From assembly GCA_003576795.1 (NCBI GenBank), contig QEVN01000001.1, forward strand, positions 1-52,821: 52,821 nt of DNA, in the 5' to 3' direction. This stretch comes from Burkholderiales bacterium (GTDB lineage: Bacteria; Pseudomonadota; Gammaproteobacteria; Burkholderiales; Burkholderiaceae_E). Of the stretch, positions 1 through 11,350 are shown piece after piece. How positions within the stretch are numbered: the first letter of the stretch is position 1; each line of letters begins with the position of its first letter. The position numbers were made by a program, and so were the translations under genes. The notes beneath the pieces were generated by a model that made no database searches, was not told the origin of the DNA, and saw only the letters and a program-made list of their open reading frames with translations.

Positions 1-266
1 GACAGGCGGCGCGCGATCGTGCGCGCGGACAGCCCTTCGCGCGCGCTCGCGGCGATCCATCGACGAAGGTCGTGCTGGCCGAGCGCGTCCCAGCGGGGCT
101 CGGCGGCATCGTCGCCGCCGCCGGGGCGGCCCTCGCGGCCGGCGTCGACGCCGGCGAGCGACGCCAGCGCCGCCAGGTCGATCCCGTAGCTCGCGATCGT
201 GCGCGGCGAGTAGCCGCGCTCGCCGGCGAGCAGCGCGAGATACCGGCGGATCGCCGGCGTCGTCAC
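1..266 (-). CDS. xerC: Tyrosine recombinase XerC, 5' part (runs off the window start)
   Basis: Manual minus-strand translation from GTG at 266: MTTPAIRRYLALLAGERGYSPRTIASYGIDL...DLRRWIAASAREGLSARTIARRL, typical XerC N-terminal domain; conserved dapF-DUF484-xerC order. Not in the ORF track. Confidence 0.85.
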   Translation of the reverse strand, partial: MTTPAIRRYLALLAGERGYSPRTIASYGIDLAALASLAGVDAGREGRPGGGDDAAEPRWDALGQHDLRRWIAASAREGLSARTIARRL

Positions 267-273
267 GGCGAAG

Positions 274-948
274 CTATTCGGCCAGGCGCGACAACGCCGC
301 GCCGGCGGTTCCGGCGATCCGCTCGAGGAAGGCCGTGCCCATGCCGGAGCGGAAGCGCTCCGGATCGGAGGAGCCGAGCACGACCAGGCCGAAGGCCTTC
401 GGATCGACGCCCTTGCGCAGCGGCAGCAACGCGATCGAATGCGTGGACGCGCCGCCGTCGGGCAGCCAGGTGGCCGCGTGGAAATCGGAGTTCGGGCCGC
501 AGAACGGCTGCTTCATGCTGTTGGCCAGCGTGATCGCGTCCACCGCCACCGGCTGCGCCCATTCGAGCCCGACGTAGTCGTCGCGCAGCCCCCACAGCCG
601 CATCGCCACCTGCGGCACCGCGAAGATCGTGCGCAGCCCGTCGACGACGATCTCGGGCAGCCGCTGCGGCTCGGCGGCGAGCAGCAGCTGCCGCGTCCAG
701 CGATGCAGCTTCTCGGCGATCGCGTCGTTCTCCTGCCCGATGCGCACCAGCTCGGCGAGCTTCATCTCGTGCGCGCGCAGCTTCTCGCGCAGCACCTCGA
801 GCTGGCGCTCCTGCAGCGAGATCGCGCGCCCGCCGTGCGGATGCGGAACGGTGATCGACGCGAGCAGCTCGACGTGCGATTCGAAGAAATCGGGATGCTC
901 GTACAGATAGTGCGCGACGTCGTCGGCGTCGCAGGAGTTTCGCGTCAT
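274..948 (-). CDS. DUF484 (YigA-like) family protein
   Basis: VAHYLYEHPDFF, HPHGGRAISLQERQ, LGSSDPERF..GMGTAFL motifs; lies between dapF and xerC. Confidence 0.9.
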   Translation of the reverse strand: MTRNSCDADDVAHYLYEHPDFFESHVELLASITVPHPHGGRAISLQERQLEVLREKLRAHEMKLAELVRIGQENDAIAEKLHRWTRQLLLAAEPQRLPEIVVDGLRTIFAVPQVAMRLWGLRDDYVGLEWAQPVAVDAITLANSMKQPFCGPNSDFHAATWLPDGGASTHSIALLPLRKGVDPKAFGLVVLGSSDPERFRSGMGTAFLERIAGTAGAALSRLAE

Positions 949-958
949 TCGCAGTCCG

Positions 959-1840
959 TCATTCGCAATCCGTGTCGAACAGCGCCGCGCAGTCGATCTC
1001 GCCCTCGAAGACCGTTCGCGCGGGGCCCGTCAGCGTGAGTTTCGTTCCGTCCCAGTCGATGCGCAGCCGCCCGCCGCGCGTGTGCACGTCGACCGGCGAG
1101 CGCAGGCGTTGCTGCCGGATTCCGGCGAGCGCCGCCGCGCAGGCGCCGGTGCCGCAGGCGAGCGTCTCGCCGGCGCCGCGCTCCCAGACGCGCAGCCGCA
1201 GCTCGTGCTCGGCGACGACCTGCGCGAAGCCGGCATTGACGCCGTGCGCGAAGCGCGGCGACCGCTCGATGCGCGGGCCGTCTTCGCATACCGGCGCCTC
1301 GTCGACGTCGACGACGAACTGCACGGCGTGCGGGTTGCCGAGGGACACGAGCGACACCGCGCGCACGGCTTCGCCGACGTCGAGCCTCCAGACGGTGTCG
1401 TCGCCGATGCTGCGCGATTCGACGCCCGCGGCATCGAAGCCGACCGCCTGCGGACCGAAGGCCGGCGCGCCCATGTCGACGCGCACGCGGCCGTCGTCCT
1501 CGATCGCCGGCTCGATGATGCCGCCGAGCGTCTCGACGCGGATCGTGCGCCGGTCGGTGAGGCCGTGGTCGAGCACGAAACGCGCGAAGCAGCGAGCGCC
1601 GTTGCCGCACTGCTCGACCTCGGCGCCGTCGGCGTTGAAGATCCGGTAGCGGAAATCGACCCCTTCGCGCGTCGACGGCTCGACGAGCAGGATCTGGTCG
1701 GCGCCGACGCCGAGATGGCGATCGGCGATGCGCCGCCACTGCTCGCGCCCGAAGCGCACCGGCTGGCGAACGCCGTCGACGACGACGAAGTCGTTGCCCG
1801 CGCCGTGCATCTTGGTGAAGCGAAGCTTCGTCGGATCCAT
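959..1840 (-). CDS. dapF: Diaminopimelate epimerase
   Basis: [44 protein letters not shown] (both catalytic Cys). Confidence 0.97.
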   Translation of the reverse strand: MDPTKLRFTKMHGAGNDFVVVDGVRQPVRFGREQWRRIADRHLGVGADQILLVEPSTREGVDFRYRIFNADGAEVEQCGNGARCFARFVLDHGLTDRRTIRVETLGGIIEPAIEDDGRVRVDMGAPAFGPQAVGFDAAGVESRSIGDDTVWRLDVGEAVRAVSLVSLGNPHAVQFVVDVDEAPVCEDGPRIERSPRFAHGVNAGFAQVVAEHELRLRVWERGAGETLACGTGACAAALAGIRQQRLRSPVDVHTRGGRLRIDWDGTKLTLTGPARTVFEGEIDCAALFDTDCE

Positions 1841-1847
1841 CGGCCGA

Positions 1848-2741
1848 TTATCGCCGATCGTCGCCGCCGTACAGGCCGGGCTCGCCGGGCGGGCGCGTCT
1901 TGAAGCGGCGATGGCTCCACAGGTACTGCGCCGGCATCCCGAGCACGCAATGCTCGATGAACTCGTTCATCCGGCGCGTGGCCGCGTACAGGTCGTCGCC
2001 GGGGAACGACTCCCAGGCCGGATGAAGCTGCACGACGTAGCCTTCGTCGGTCATCCGCGTGACGCAGGGAACGACGACCGCGCCGGTCAAGCGCACGAGC
2101 CGCGCCACCGAGGTGACGGTGGCCGCCGGCACGCCGAAGAAGGGAACGAACAGCGCGTCGCGCGCGCCGAGATCCATGTCGGGCAGGAAATAGAAGGGAG
2201 TGCCGGCGCGCAGCGCGCGCACCGCAGCGCGCAGCCCGTCGGTGCGAAGCACCATCGACGCGCCGGGCAGGCGCGTGCGGCCGCGCCTCATCGCCGCATC
2301 GAACACGCGGTTCTTCTGCCGGGCGTACATCGAGACGATCGGCGTCTCGAAGAACATGCGCGCCCCGCCCGCGTCGCAGCCGACGAAATGCGGCGCGAGC
2401 AGGATCACCGGCCGGCCGCGGTGCTTCTCGTAGTGCTCGGCGCCTTCGAGGCGGCACAGCGCGCGCACGCGCGACACCGGGGCATACCAGAGAATGAAAC
2501 GATCGAGCAGGCTGCGCACGAAGTAGCGGAAATGCGCGCGCGCGACGGCTTCGCGCCGCGCCTGGCTCCATTGCGGAAAGCACAGCTCCAGGTTGCGCAG
2601 CGTGACGCGGCGCCGGTCGCGCGCGAAGCGCCAGGCGACGGCGCCGCCGGCCTGCCCGAGACGGCGCAGCACCGCATACGGCAGCTTCGAAACCGCGCGC
2701 AACAGCGCCAGCGCCAGGTGCGTGAGCGCGTCAACGAGCAC
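1848..2741 (-). CDS. Lipid A biosynthesis acyltransferase (LpxL/HtrB family)
   Basis: NLELCFP, PHFVGCD (HxxxxD), [25 protein letters not shown]. Confidence 0.92.
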   Translation of the reverse strand: MLVDALTHLALALLRAVSKLPYAVLRRLGQAGGAVAWRFARDRRRVTLRNLELCFPQWSQARREAVARAHFRYFVRSLLDRFILWYAPVSRVRALCRLEGAEHYEKHRGRPVILLAPHFVGCDAGGARMFFETPIVSMYARQKNRVFDAAMRRGRTRLPGASMVLRTDGLRAAVRALRAGTPFYFLPDMDLGARDALFVPFFGVPAATVTSVARLVRLTGAVVVPCVTRMTDEGYVVQLHPAWESFPGDDLYAATRRMNEFIEHCVLGMPAQYLWSHRRFKTRPPGEPGLYGGDDRR

Positions 2742-3642
2742 CGCGGCTCCCGCTGCCGGACGCCCCGGCCTCCTCGCGCCGCGGCGCGCCCGGCGGCCGG
2801 CGGTAGCGGTTGTATCCCCACAGGTACTGCTCGGGGCTGCGCAGGATCGTCTGCTGCAGCCGTGCGTTCAACGTCTCGGCGCTCGGCGCCTCGCGCATCG
2901 GCTCGACGCGCAGGCGCCATCCGGGCGGGCGCGCGACGCGCTCGCAGACGGCGACGACCACGCTCGCGCCGGTCTGCTGCACCAGCCGCTCCGGCAACGT
3001 CATCGTGTAGGCGGGCTCGCCGAAGAACGGCGCCCAGCGTCCCTCGCCCTCGCTCGGCACCTGGTCGGGCAGCAGTCCGACCGCCTGGCGCGCGCGCAAC
3101 GCGCGCAGCAGCGTGCGCAGGCCGCCGAGCGTCGGCGGCACCGCCCGCATCGCCTCGCGGTCGCGCGCGAAGGCGACCAGCGGGCGCAACCACGGCTTGC
3201 GCGGCGGCTTGAACAGCACGGTGATCGGCGCACGCGTCGCGTACCAGCGCGCCGCGACGTCGAAGGCGCCCAGGTGCGGCGTGACGAACAGCACGCCGCG
3301 CCCGGCGCGTTCCGCGTCGTCCAGCACGGCGAGATCGGCGGCCGCGCACTCGACGCGCGCGGCGACCTGCGCCAGCGGACGCGTCCACACCCACGGCAGT
3401 TCGCCGATCGTTCGACCGGCCTCGCCGGCCGCGCGCCAGCGCAGGCGCGGCGCATCCAGGCCGGCACGGCGCAGGTTCGAACGGATCTTGCGCCGGTAGC
3501 CGGGCGACGCCGCGTACGCGATCCAGCCGAGCAGCGCGCCGAACGCACGCGATGCGCGAAGGGGCAATCGGCCGATGCCGCGCAGCGCGAGCAGCGCGAC
3601 GCCGCTGCGTTCGGCGCGGGAGGGCATCGGCAAGGTCGTCAT
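2731..3642 (-). CDS. Lipid A biosynthesis / lysophospholipid acyltransferase (LpxL family paralogue)
   Basis: TPHLGAFD, LLPDQVP, APFFG, PEQYLWGYNRY; exact start uncertain. Confidence 0.88.
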   Translation of the reverse strand: MTTLPMPSRAERSGVALLALRGIGRLPLRASRAFGALLGWIAYAASPGYRRKIRSNLRRAGLDAPRLRWRAAGEAGRTIGELPWVWTRPLAQVAARVECAAADLAVLDDAERAGRGVLFVTPHLGAFDVAARWYATRAPITVLFKPPRKPWLRPLVAFARDREAMRAVPPTLGGLRTLLRALRARQAVGLLPDQVPSEGEGRWAPFFGEPAYTMTLPERLVQQTGASVVVAVCERVARPPGWRLRVEPMREAPSAETLNARLQQTILRSPEQYLWGYNRYRRPPGAPRREEAGASGSGSRGAR

Positions 3643-3684
3643 CGAATCTGCGGGCGCGGCCGTCGGCGAGGCGCGAGCCTACCC

Positions 3685-3690
3685 TATAAT
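3685..3690 (+). promoter_or_regulatory. Putative sigma70 -10 element of the metK leader
   Basis: Perfect TATAAT a few nt before the riboswitch-like element, in very GC-rich DNA. Confidence 0.6.
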
Positions 3691-3695
3691 CGACA

Positions 3696-3771
3696 TGCCG
3701 CCGAGTTAACGACAACTTGCGGGGCGGCAGACGGCGCATCGGGCGCCGTGAGCAAATCCGCTAAAGCGTCG
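3696..3771 (+). ncRNA. SAM-II-like riboswitch upstream of metK
   Basis: P1 TGCCGCC/GGCGGCA encloses a loop GAGTTAACGACAACTTGCGG; 3' AAATCCGCTAAAGCGTC can pseudoknot (GCGG/CCGC). TTGC and AAAT..GCTAAA are SAM-II hallmarks; lies 5' of metK. Confidence 0.7.
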
Positions 3772-3815
3772 CTGCTTCTCGAAGGTCGGCAGCGCGCCCG
3801 ACCAGGAGAGAAGCC

Positions 3816-4982
3816 TTGACCAGCGAATATCTGTTCACCTCGGAATCGGTCTCCGAAGGCCACCCCGACAAGGTCGCCGACCAGATCTCGGATGCCGTCC
3901 TCGACGCCCTGCTCGAGCAGGACCGCCTCTCGCGCGTGGCCGCCGAAACGCTATGCACGACGGGCCTGGTCGTGCTCGCCGGCGAGATCACCTCGAAAGC
4001 CAACATCGACTACGTCCAGGTCGCGCGCGACACGCTGAAATCGATCGGCTACGACAACACCGAGTTCGGCATCGACTATCGCGGCTGCGGCGTGATGGTC
4101 GCCTACGACAAGCAGTCGCCCGACATCGCGCAGGGCGTCGACCGCGCCGGCGACGACAACCTCGACCAGGGCGCGGGCGACCAGGGGCTGATGTTCGGCT
4201 ACGCCTGCGACGAAACGCCCGAATACATGCCGGCGGCCATCTACTATGCGCATCGGCTCGTCGAGCGGCAGTCGCAGTTGCGCAAGAGCGGCAAGCTCGC
4301 GTGGCTGCGCCCGGACGCGAAATCGCAGGTCACGCTGCGCTACGCCGACGGACGTCCGCAGGCGGTCGACACCGTCGTCATCTCCACGCAGCACTCGCCC
4401 GACATCAGCCAGGCGCTGATCCGCGAGGCGGTGATCGAGGAACTGATCAAGCCGGTGATCCCGGAGTCGATGCGCCGCAACGAAGTGCGCTACCTGGTGA
4501 ATCCCACCGGGCGCTTCGTGGTGGGCGGGCCGCAGGGCGACTGCGGGCTCACCGGCCGCAAGATCATCGTCGACACCTACGGCGGCTCGGCGCCGCACGG
4601 CGGCGGCGCGTTCTCCGGGAAGGATCCGTCGAAGGTCGACCGCTCCGCCGCGTACGCGGCGCGCTACGTCGCGAAGAACGTCGTGGCCGCCGGCCTGGCG
4701 CGCCGCTGCCTGGTGCAGCTGTCGTATGCGATCGGCATCGCCCGGCCCACGTCGATCATGGTCACCACGCAGGGCACCGGCGCGGTGTCCGACGAGCGGC
4801 TGTCCGAACTCGTCGCCCGCCACTTCGACCTGCGCCCGCGCGGCATCGTCCAGATGCTCGACCTGCTGCGTCCGGTCTACCGGAAGACGGCCGCCTACGG
4901 CCACTTCGGCCGCGACGAGCCCGAGTTCTCCTGGGAGCGCACCGACAAGGCCGAGGCGCTGCGCGCCGAAGCGGGCGTCTGA
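3816..4982 (+). CDS. metK: S-adenosylmethionine synthetase
   Basis: [35 protein letters not shown]; TTG start after AGGAGA. Confidence 0.98.
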   Translation: MTSEYLFTSESVSEGHPDKVADQISDAVLDALLEQDRLSRVAAETLCTTGLVVLAGEITSKANIDYVQVARDTLKSIGYDNTEFGIDYRGCGVMVAYDKQSPDIAQGVDRAGDDNLDQGAGDQGLMFGYACDETPEYMPAAIYYAHRLVERQSQLRKSGKLAWLRPDAKSQVTLRYADGRPQAVDTVVISTQHSPDISQALIREAVIEELIKPVIPESMRRNEVRYLVNPTGRFVVGGPQGDCGLTGRKIIVDTYGGSAPHGGGAFSGKDPSKVDRSAAYAARYVAKNVVAAGLARRCLVQLSYAIGIARPTSIMVTTQGTGAVSDERLSELVARHFDLRPRGIVQMLDLLRPVYRKTAAYGHFGRDEPEFSWERTDKAEALRAEAGV

Positions 4983-5128
4983 GGGCAGCGCGCCGCCGGC
5001 GCCGGCGCCGTACTACGGCCGGCGCACGGCGCCGGCGGCCGCAGCCGACGGGCGGCGGCCCGGGCGACATCGCCCCCATCGTGACGTCGATCAACCCTGC
5101 GGCTCGCCGGCTCTGCTCCAATGTGCCT

Positions 5129-5497
5129 ATGTCTGCCGCACTGCACGACGTCGCCCGCCTGATCGAGTGCCCGAGCGCCCGCCCGGGGCTTGCCGCGCGC
5201 CTGAGCGAAGCGCTCGCCGACGAAACCGAGCTGCCGATCGCCACCCGGCTGCGCCTGGTCGCGCTCGCCGCCCGGCTCGAAGCGGGCGATCGTTGCGAAT
5301 GCGGCCGGCCCGAGTCAGCGCCCGACAGCTGGGTGGACACGCTCGCGCAGGCCTTCCTGGACGACGAGTCGAGCGGACTCGAAGCGCTGATCGCGCACGC
5401 GCCGCGCCTGCGCGCGGTCGTCGCGCGCAACGGCAACCGCCCCTGCCGCCTGCCGGCGGCGGCGCTGCTGGAAGTGCTCGCGCGCAAGTTGCATTGA
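5129..5497 (+). CDS. Hypothetical protein (122 aa)
   Basis: ATG at 5129, host-like codon use, fills the metK-pdxH gap; no family recognised. Confidence 0.5.
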   Translation: MSAALHDVARLIECPSARPGLAARLSEALADETELPIATRLRLVALAARLEAGDRCECGRPESAPDSWVDTLAQAFLDDESSGLEALIAHAPRLRAVVARNGNRPCRLPAAALLEVLARKLH

Positions 5498-5507
5498 TCG
5501 CAGGCGG

Positions 5508-6149
5508 TCAGGGCGCCAGCCGCTGCAGCCGCCACCCCTCCTCGCCCGGCACGCGCCGGTACGTGAGCCGGTCGTGCAGGCGCGACGGCCTCCCCTGCCA
5601 GAACTCCCAGTAGTCGGGCGCCAGCCGGAAACCGCCCCAGTGCGGCGGCCTCGGCGGGTGCAGGCCGAATTTCAGTCCGAACTCGGCCGCGCGCGCGACC
5701 AGCGCGGCGCGTGAGGCCAGCGGCCGGCTCTGCTCCGACGCCCAGGCGCCGATGCGCGAGGCCAGCGGCCGCGACGCGTAATACGCGTCGGACTCGGCCG
5801 CGTCGACCCGCGACACGAGCCCCTCGATGCGCACGACCCGTTCCAGCTCCACCCAGTGGAACTGCAGCGCCGCATGCGGGTTGCCGGCCAGCTCGCGGCC
5901 CTTGCGGCTTTCGTAGTTCGTGTACCAGACGACGCCGCGCTCGTCGAAATCCTTGATCAGCACGACCCGCGTCGATGGCCGGCCGCCCTCGCCGACGGTG
6001 GCGACCGTCATCGCGTTCGGCTCGGGCACGTTCGCGCCCACCGCCTCGCCGAGCCACTTGCGGAACTGATCGAGGGGATCGCGGCAGGCGTGGTCCTCGT
6101 CCAGCTCGCCCCGCTCGTAGCTCTTGCGCAGATCGGACAGTCTCGTCAT
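5508..6149 (-). CDS. pdxH: Pyridoxamine 5'-phosphate oxidase
   Basis: [42 protein letters not shown]; start trimmed to ATG 6149. Confidence 0.97.
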   Translation of the reverse strand: MTRLSDLRKSYERGELDEDHACRDPLDQFRKWLGEAVGANVPEPNAMTVATVGEGGRPSTRVVLIKDFDERGVVWYTNYESRKGRELAGNPHAALQFHWVELERVVRIEGLVSRVDAAESDAYYASRPLASRIGAWASEQSRPLASRAALVARAAEFGLKFGLHPPRPPHWGGFRLAPDYWEFWQGRPSRLHDRLTYRRVPGEEGWRLQRLAP

Positions 6150-6282
6150 CGCCGCGAGTGTAGCGCGGCCCCATCCATCGACCGATGCCCGCCGACCTTC
6201 CGTCGGTCGGCGGCGAAAAGCGCCGTTGCCGCGCCGCTCATCTCCTTGGTCGGCGCCGGATGCCGCCGCTATGCTCGGGGCG

Positions 6283-7950
6283 ATGTCCACCGGTTGCCCC
6301 GCGCCCATGACCACGACCTTCGTTGCGGATCTCGAGGAAATCGTCTACCCGGCGTCGTTCGACGTGCACGACGAGGCCGAGCTGCCGCGCATCGAGGCGC
6401 GCCGCGTGCTCGCCGGCATGTTCGTCGCCGAGCTGGATCGCCCGTGGAGCGATACGCCGCTGCCGCAAGGCGGACTGCTGGTGGCGGACGACGACGAACT
6501 CGCGGCGATTCGCGCGCATTGCCGCCAGGTGCGCGTCGACCCGGCGCGCTCCAGGCCGGAAATGCGCGACGCCATCCGGGCGGCCGCGGTTCTGTCCAGC
6601 GAGCAGGGGCTGGCGCTGGTCGAGCCCCTGGACGGGGGCGAACCGGCAGCGCCGGAGTCCGGCTCCGACGAGGACAAGGGCGAGTCGCCTGGCCGCGACG
6701 GTCGCCGCAACGCGACCCGCGATGCGGCACGCCTCGACAGGCCTGCCGAGCGGCGCGACGACGTGCATCCGAGCGAAGCCGCCCGCGTGCGGCTGCGCGC
6801 GCTGTTGCGCGCGAACGAAGGCCGCGAGGTGCGGGAACCGGGCGGAGCCATCGCCCGGCTGCGCAGCTGGTTCTTTGCCGAACCGGGGAGCGCGGGCCCG
6901 CGCGAGCGCCCCTGCACGCTCGAGGAGTTGCGCGCGCGCTACGGCGAGCGCATCGGCGCGGTCGAACCGGTCGAGTCGGCGCCGATCCGCGAGAACTTCG
7001 CGCAGGCGCGCATCGCGCACGCCCGCCTGGTCGGCGCGGCCGACGCGCTCGTCGCGCAGGTACGCCAGGGAGGCGCTCCGATCCTCGCGTCGCTCGAAAC
7101 GCCGATCGCGGGCTTCGTCGCCGTACTGCAGCAGGCGCCCGAGGCGATGCGCTGGGCCGAGGCGCTCTATGCGCAGAACGCTCCGCGGCCGAACGGAGCA
7201 ACGGCGGTCGCGCTGAATCTCGCCGGCTTCGGCCGTGCGCTCGGCATGTCGACGCAATCGCTGCGCGAGCTGGCGCTCGTCGGACTGCTGCTCGACCTGG
7301 GCAAGGCGCTGCTGCCGCGCGAACTGCTCGAGCATCCCGGCGTGCTCGCTCCGCACGACTATGCGCTGATGCAGCAGCACGTGGCGATCGGCCGCGACCT
7401 GCTCGAGCGCGCCACGGCGCTCGAGCCCGAAGTGCTGCGCGCGATCGCCGAACACCACGAGCGGCTCGACGGCTCCGGCTATCCGCGTCGCCTGCGCGGC
7501 AACGACATCGGACTGCTCGGACGGATGGCGGCGATCGTCGATACCTACAGCGGACTGACCGCGGTGCGCGCCTACGCGAACCCGTTGTCGGTCGAGGACG
7601 CGCTCGCGGCGCTCAACGAATGGGCGAAGTCGCTGTTCTGCCGCGACCTGGTCCAGCATTTCGTGCTGTCGATCGGCGTGTATCCGGTCGGCACGCTCGT
7701 CGAGCTGCGCGGCGGCGAGGTGGCGGCGGTGGTGGATCGTCCGCGAGGCGAGCGCGTGCTGCCCAAGCTGGTCGTCCTGACCGCCGCCGACAAGGGACCG
7801 TTGCGCGCCGTACGCGATCGAACCGGCCGCCAGGAGCCCGACGAGGTCTACAGCGGAGCCCAGGTGCGGATCGCGCGCGGCCTGCCCGCCGGAGCCTACG
7901 GGTTGCGCCTGCCCGACTACTACGGCCGGGCGCGCCCGGCGGACTTATAA
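6283..7950 (+). CDS. DUF3391 + HD-GYP domain protein (HD dyad degenerate)
   Basis: [15 protein letters not shown]-domain; [11 protein letters not shown]; LLLDLGK in place of HDxGK. Start 6283 chosen from the upstream TATGCT; 6271 and 6307 are possible. Confidence 0.85.
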   Translation: MSTGCPAPMTTTFVADLEEIVYPASFDVHDEAELPRIEARRVLAGMFVAELDRPWSDTPLPQGGLLVADDDELAAIRAHCRQVRVDPARSRPEMRDAIRAAAVLSSEQGLALVEPLDGGEPAAPESGSDEDKGESPGRDGRRNATRDAARLDRPAERRDDVHPSEAARVRLRALLRANEGREVREPGGAIARLRSWFFAEPGSAGPRERPCTLEELRARYGERIGAVEPVESAPIRENFAQARIAHARLVGAADALVAQVRQGGAPILASLETPIAGFVAVLQQAPEAMRWAEALYAQNAPRPNGATAVALNLAGFGRALGMSTQSLRELALVGLLLDLGKALLPRELLEHPGVLAPHDYALMQQHVAIGRDLLERATALEPEVLRAIAEHHERLDGSGYPRRLRGNDIGLLGRMAAIVDTYSGLTAVRAYANPLSVEDALAALNEWAKSLFCRDLVQHFVLSIGVYPVGTLVELRGGEVAAVVDRPRGERVLPKLVVLTAADKGPLRAVRDRTGRQEPDEVYSGAQVRIARGLPAGAYGLRLPDYYGRARPADL

Positions 7951-7957
7951 TTCCGCG

Positions 7958-8030
7958 ATCCCGAGGAGCGCTGCAACGGCCCGTCCTCTTCGACGGCCGC
8001 CAGGCTCGGGAACCGATTCAACGGCGCTCG
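7958..8030 (+). ncRNA. SAH riboswitch
   Basis: CCGAGGAGCGCTGCAAC...CCAGGCTCGG...AACGGCGCTC consensus blocks directly upstream of ahcY; TATAAT at 7946-7951. Confidence 0.92.
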
Positions 8031-8137
8031 TCGAACCGTGATCCGTCACGGCAGACGGGCGCATTTCGATCGCGCTTCGCGCGATCCGTCTCCCGCCTCT
8101 GTCGCGTCGGCACCCTTTCGCATTTCGAGGAGTGACG

Positions 8138-9559
<1,422 letters not shown>

Positions 9560-9595
9560 CGCCCGCTCCGGTTCGCTTCGGGAGTCCCGACCGGC

Positions 9596-10351
9596 ATGAT
9601 CCGCGCCGACCAGCTTCTCGTGGCCCGCGGCCTCGCGCCCACGCGGTCCACCGCGCAGCGCCTGATCGACCGCGGCGCGGTGCGCTGGCGCGGCCCGGAC
9701 GGCTGGATCGCTCCGCGCAAGGCCGGTGAACGCGTTCCCGAGCGCTGCGAGATCGAGGTCCGCGACGACGCCGAGCTGCGCTACGTCTCGCGCGGCGGCC
9801 TGAAGCTCGAGGGCGCCCTCGCGCGCGGCGGGCTCGACGTGCGCGGCCTCGCCTGCCTCGATCTGGGGCAGAGCACGGGCGGCTTCACCGACTGCCTGCT
9901 GCGCGCGGGCGCCGCGCGCGTCGTCGGCGTAGACGTCGGCCATGGGCAGCTGCACGAATCGCTGCGCACCGACGCGCGCGTGCGCGCCTTCGAGGGGCTG
10001 AACGTGCGCACGCTCGACGCCGCCGCACTGGGCGACGCGTATCCGCCGGGCGGCTTCGAGCGGGTCGTCGTCGACCTGTCGTTCATCCCGCTCGCCCATG
10101 CGTTCGCGCCGGCGCATGCGCTCGCGCGATCCGGGGCGCGGCTGCTCGCGCTCGTCAAGCCGCAGTTCGAGCTCGGTCCGGGCGCGGTCGATCGGCGCGG
10201 CATCGTCCGCGGCGACGCGCTCCACGCGGGCCTGCGCGAACGGATCGAGCGGCAGGCGCGCGAGAGCGGATGGATCCCCGAGGACTGGTTCGACAGCCCG
10301 GTGACCGGCGGCGACGGCAACCGCGAGTTCTTTCTGATGGCACGCAGATGA
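9596..10351 (+). CDS. tlyA: TlyA family RNA methyltransferase
   Basis: S4-like N-terminus, YVSRGGLKL, LDLGQSTGGFTD, DVGHGQL, LVKPQFE, GGDGNREF. Confidence 0.93.
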   Translation: MIRADQLLVARGLAPTRSTAQRLIDRGAVRWRGPDGWIAPRKAGERVPERCEIEVRDDAELRYVSRGGLKLEGALARGGLDVRGLACLDLGQSTGGFTDCLLRAGAARVVGVDVGHGQLHESLRTDARVRAFEGLNVRTLDAAALGDAYPPGGFERVVVDLSFIPLAHAFAPAHALARSGARLLALVKPQFELGPGAVDRRGIVRGDALHAGLRERIERQARESGWIPEDWFDSPVTGGDGNREFFLMARR

Positions 10352-11187
10352 AGACGCCGGGAACGATCAGCTTCGAGTTCTTTCCGCCGAACACGCCGCC
10401 CGGCGTCGAGAAGCTGCGCGGCGTGCGCGAAGCGCTCGCGCGCTTCGATCCGGCGTTCTACAGCGTCACCTACGGCGCGGGCGGCGTCACGCGCGACAAG
10501 ACGCTGTCGACGGTGCTCGAGATCGTCGGCGAGCGCCGGCCGGTCGCGCCGCACCTGTCGTGCGTCGGCGCCTCGCGCGAGTCGGTGCGCGAGCTGCTCG
10601 CACTGTATCGCGCGCACGGCATCCGGCGTCTCGTCCTGCTGCGCGGAGACCTGCCGTCGGGCATGCGCGGCAGCGGCGACTTCCGCTACGCGAGCGACCT
10701 CGTCGCCTTCGTGCGGGCCGAAACCGGCGATTCCTTCCACCTCGAGGTCGCCGCGTATCCGGAGACGCATCCGCAGGCGCGCACCCCGCGCGACGACCTG
10801 CGGGCTTTCGCGGCCAAGATGCGCGCGGGCGCCGACTCGGCGATCACGCAGTATTTCTTCAATGCCGACGCGTATCTGCGCTTTCGCGACGCGGCGGCGC
10901 GCATCGGCGTCGACGCGCCGATCGTGCCGGGCATCATGCCGATCTCGAACTTCTCGCAGCTCGCGCGCTTCTCCGATTCCTGCGGCGCCGAGATCCCGCG
11001 CTGGATCCGGCTCGAGCTGGCGGCCTGCGGCGACGACATCGAGGCGATTCGCGCCTTCGGCGCCGAGGTCGTCGCCGCGATGTGCCGGCGACTGCTCGCC
11101 GAAGGCGCGCCGGGCCTGCATTTCTACACGCTGAACCAGGCCGGACCCACCTCCGCCATCCTCGACGCGCTCGTTGCGCCCCGTTGA
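10348..11187 (+). CDS. metF: 5,10-methylenetetrahydrofolate reductase
   Basis: SFEFFPP, SVTYGAGG, PHLSC, LRGD, AYPETHP, ITQYFF, HFYTLN; ATGA overlap with tlyA. Confidence 0.96.
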   Translation: MKTPGTISFEFFPPNTPPGVEKLRGVREALARFDPAFYSVTYGAGGVTRDKTLSTVLEIVGERRPVAPHLSCVGASRESVRELLALYRAHGIRRLVLLRGDLPSGMRGSGDFRYASDLVAFVRAETGDSFHLEVAAYPETHPQARTPRDDLRAFAAKMRAGADSAITQYFFNADAYLRFRDAAARIGVDAPIVPGIMPISNFSQLARFSDSCGAEIPRWIRLELAACGDDIEAIRAFGAEVVAAMCRRLLAEGAPGLHFYTLNQAGPTSAILDALVAPR

Positions 11188-11350
11188 CGCGGCGGGCGCT
11201 TCCCGTCCGCCCGCGACCGCAAGCTTGCCGTTCGTCGGCGCCGGGGTCGATGACCCGACCGGCGGCGGGGCGCGCGTCAACGTCGGGGGCAGCGCTCGTT
11301 ACCATCGGCTCACCACGATCAGAATCGAGCCGCGCGCCCGCTTCCGTCCG

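Noticed and set aside
1-266. Phage or island integrase
   Set aside because: The dapF-DUF484-xerC order identifies the housekeeping recombinase.
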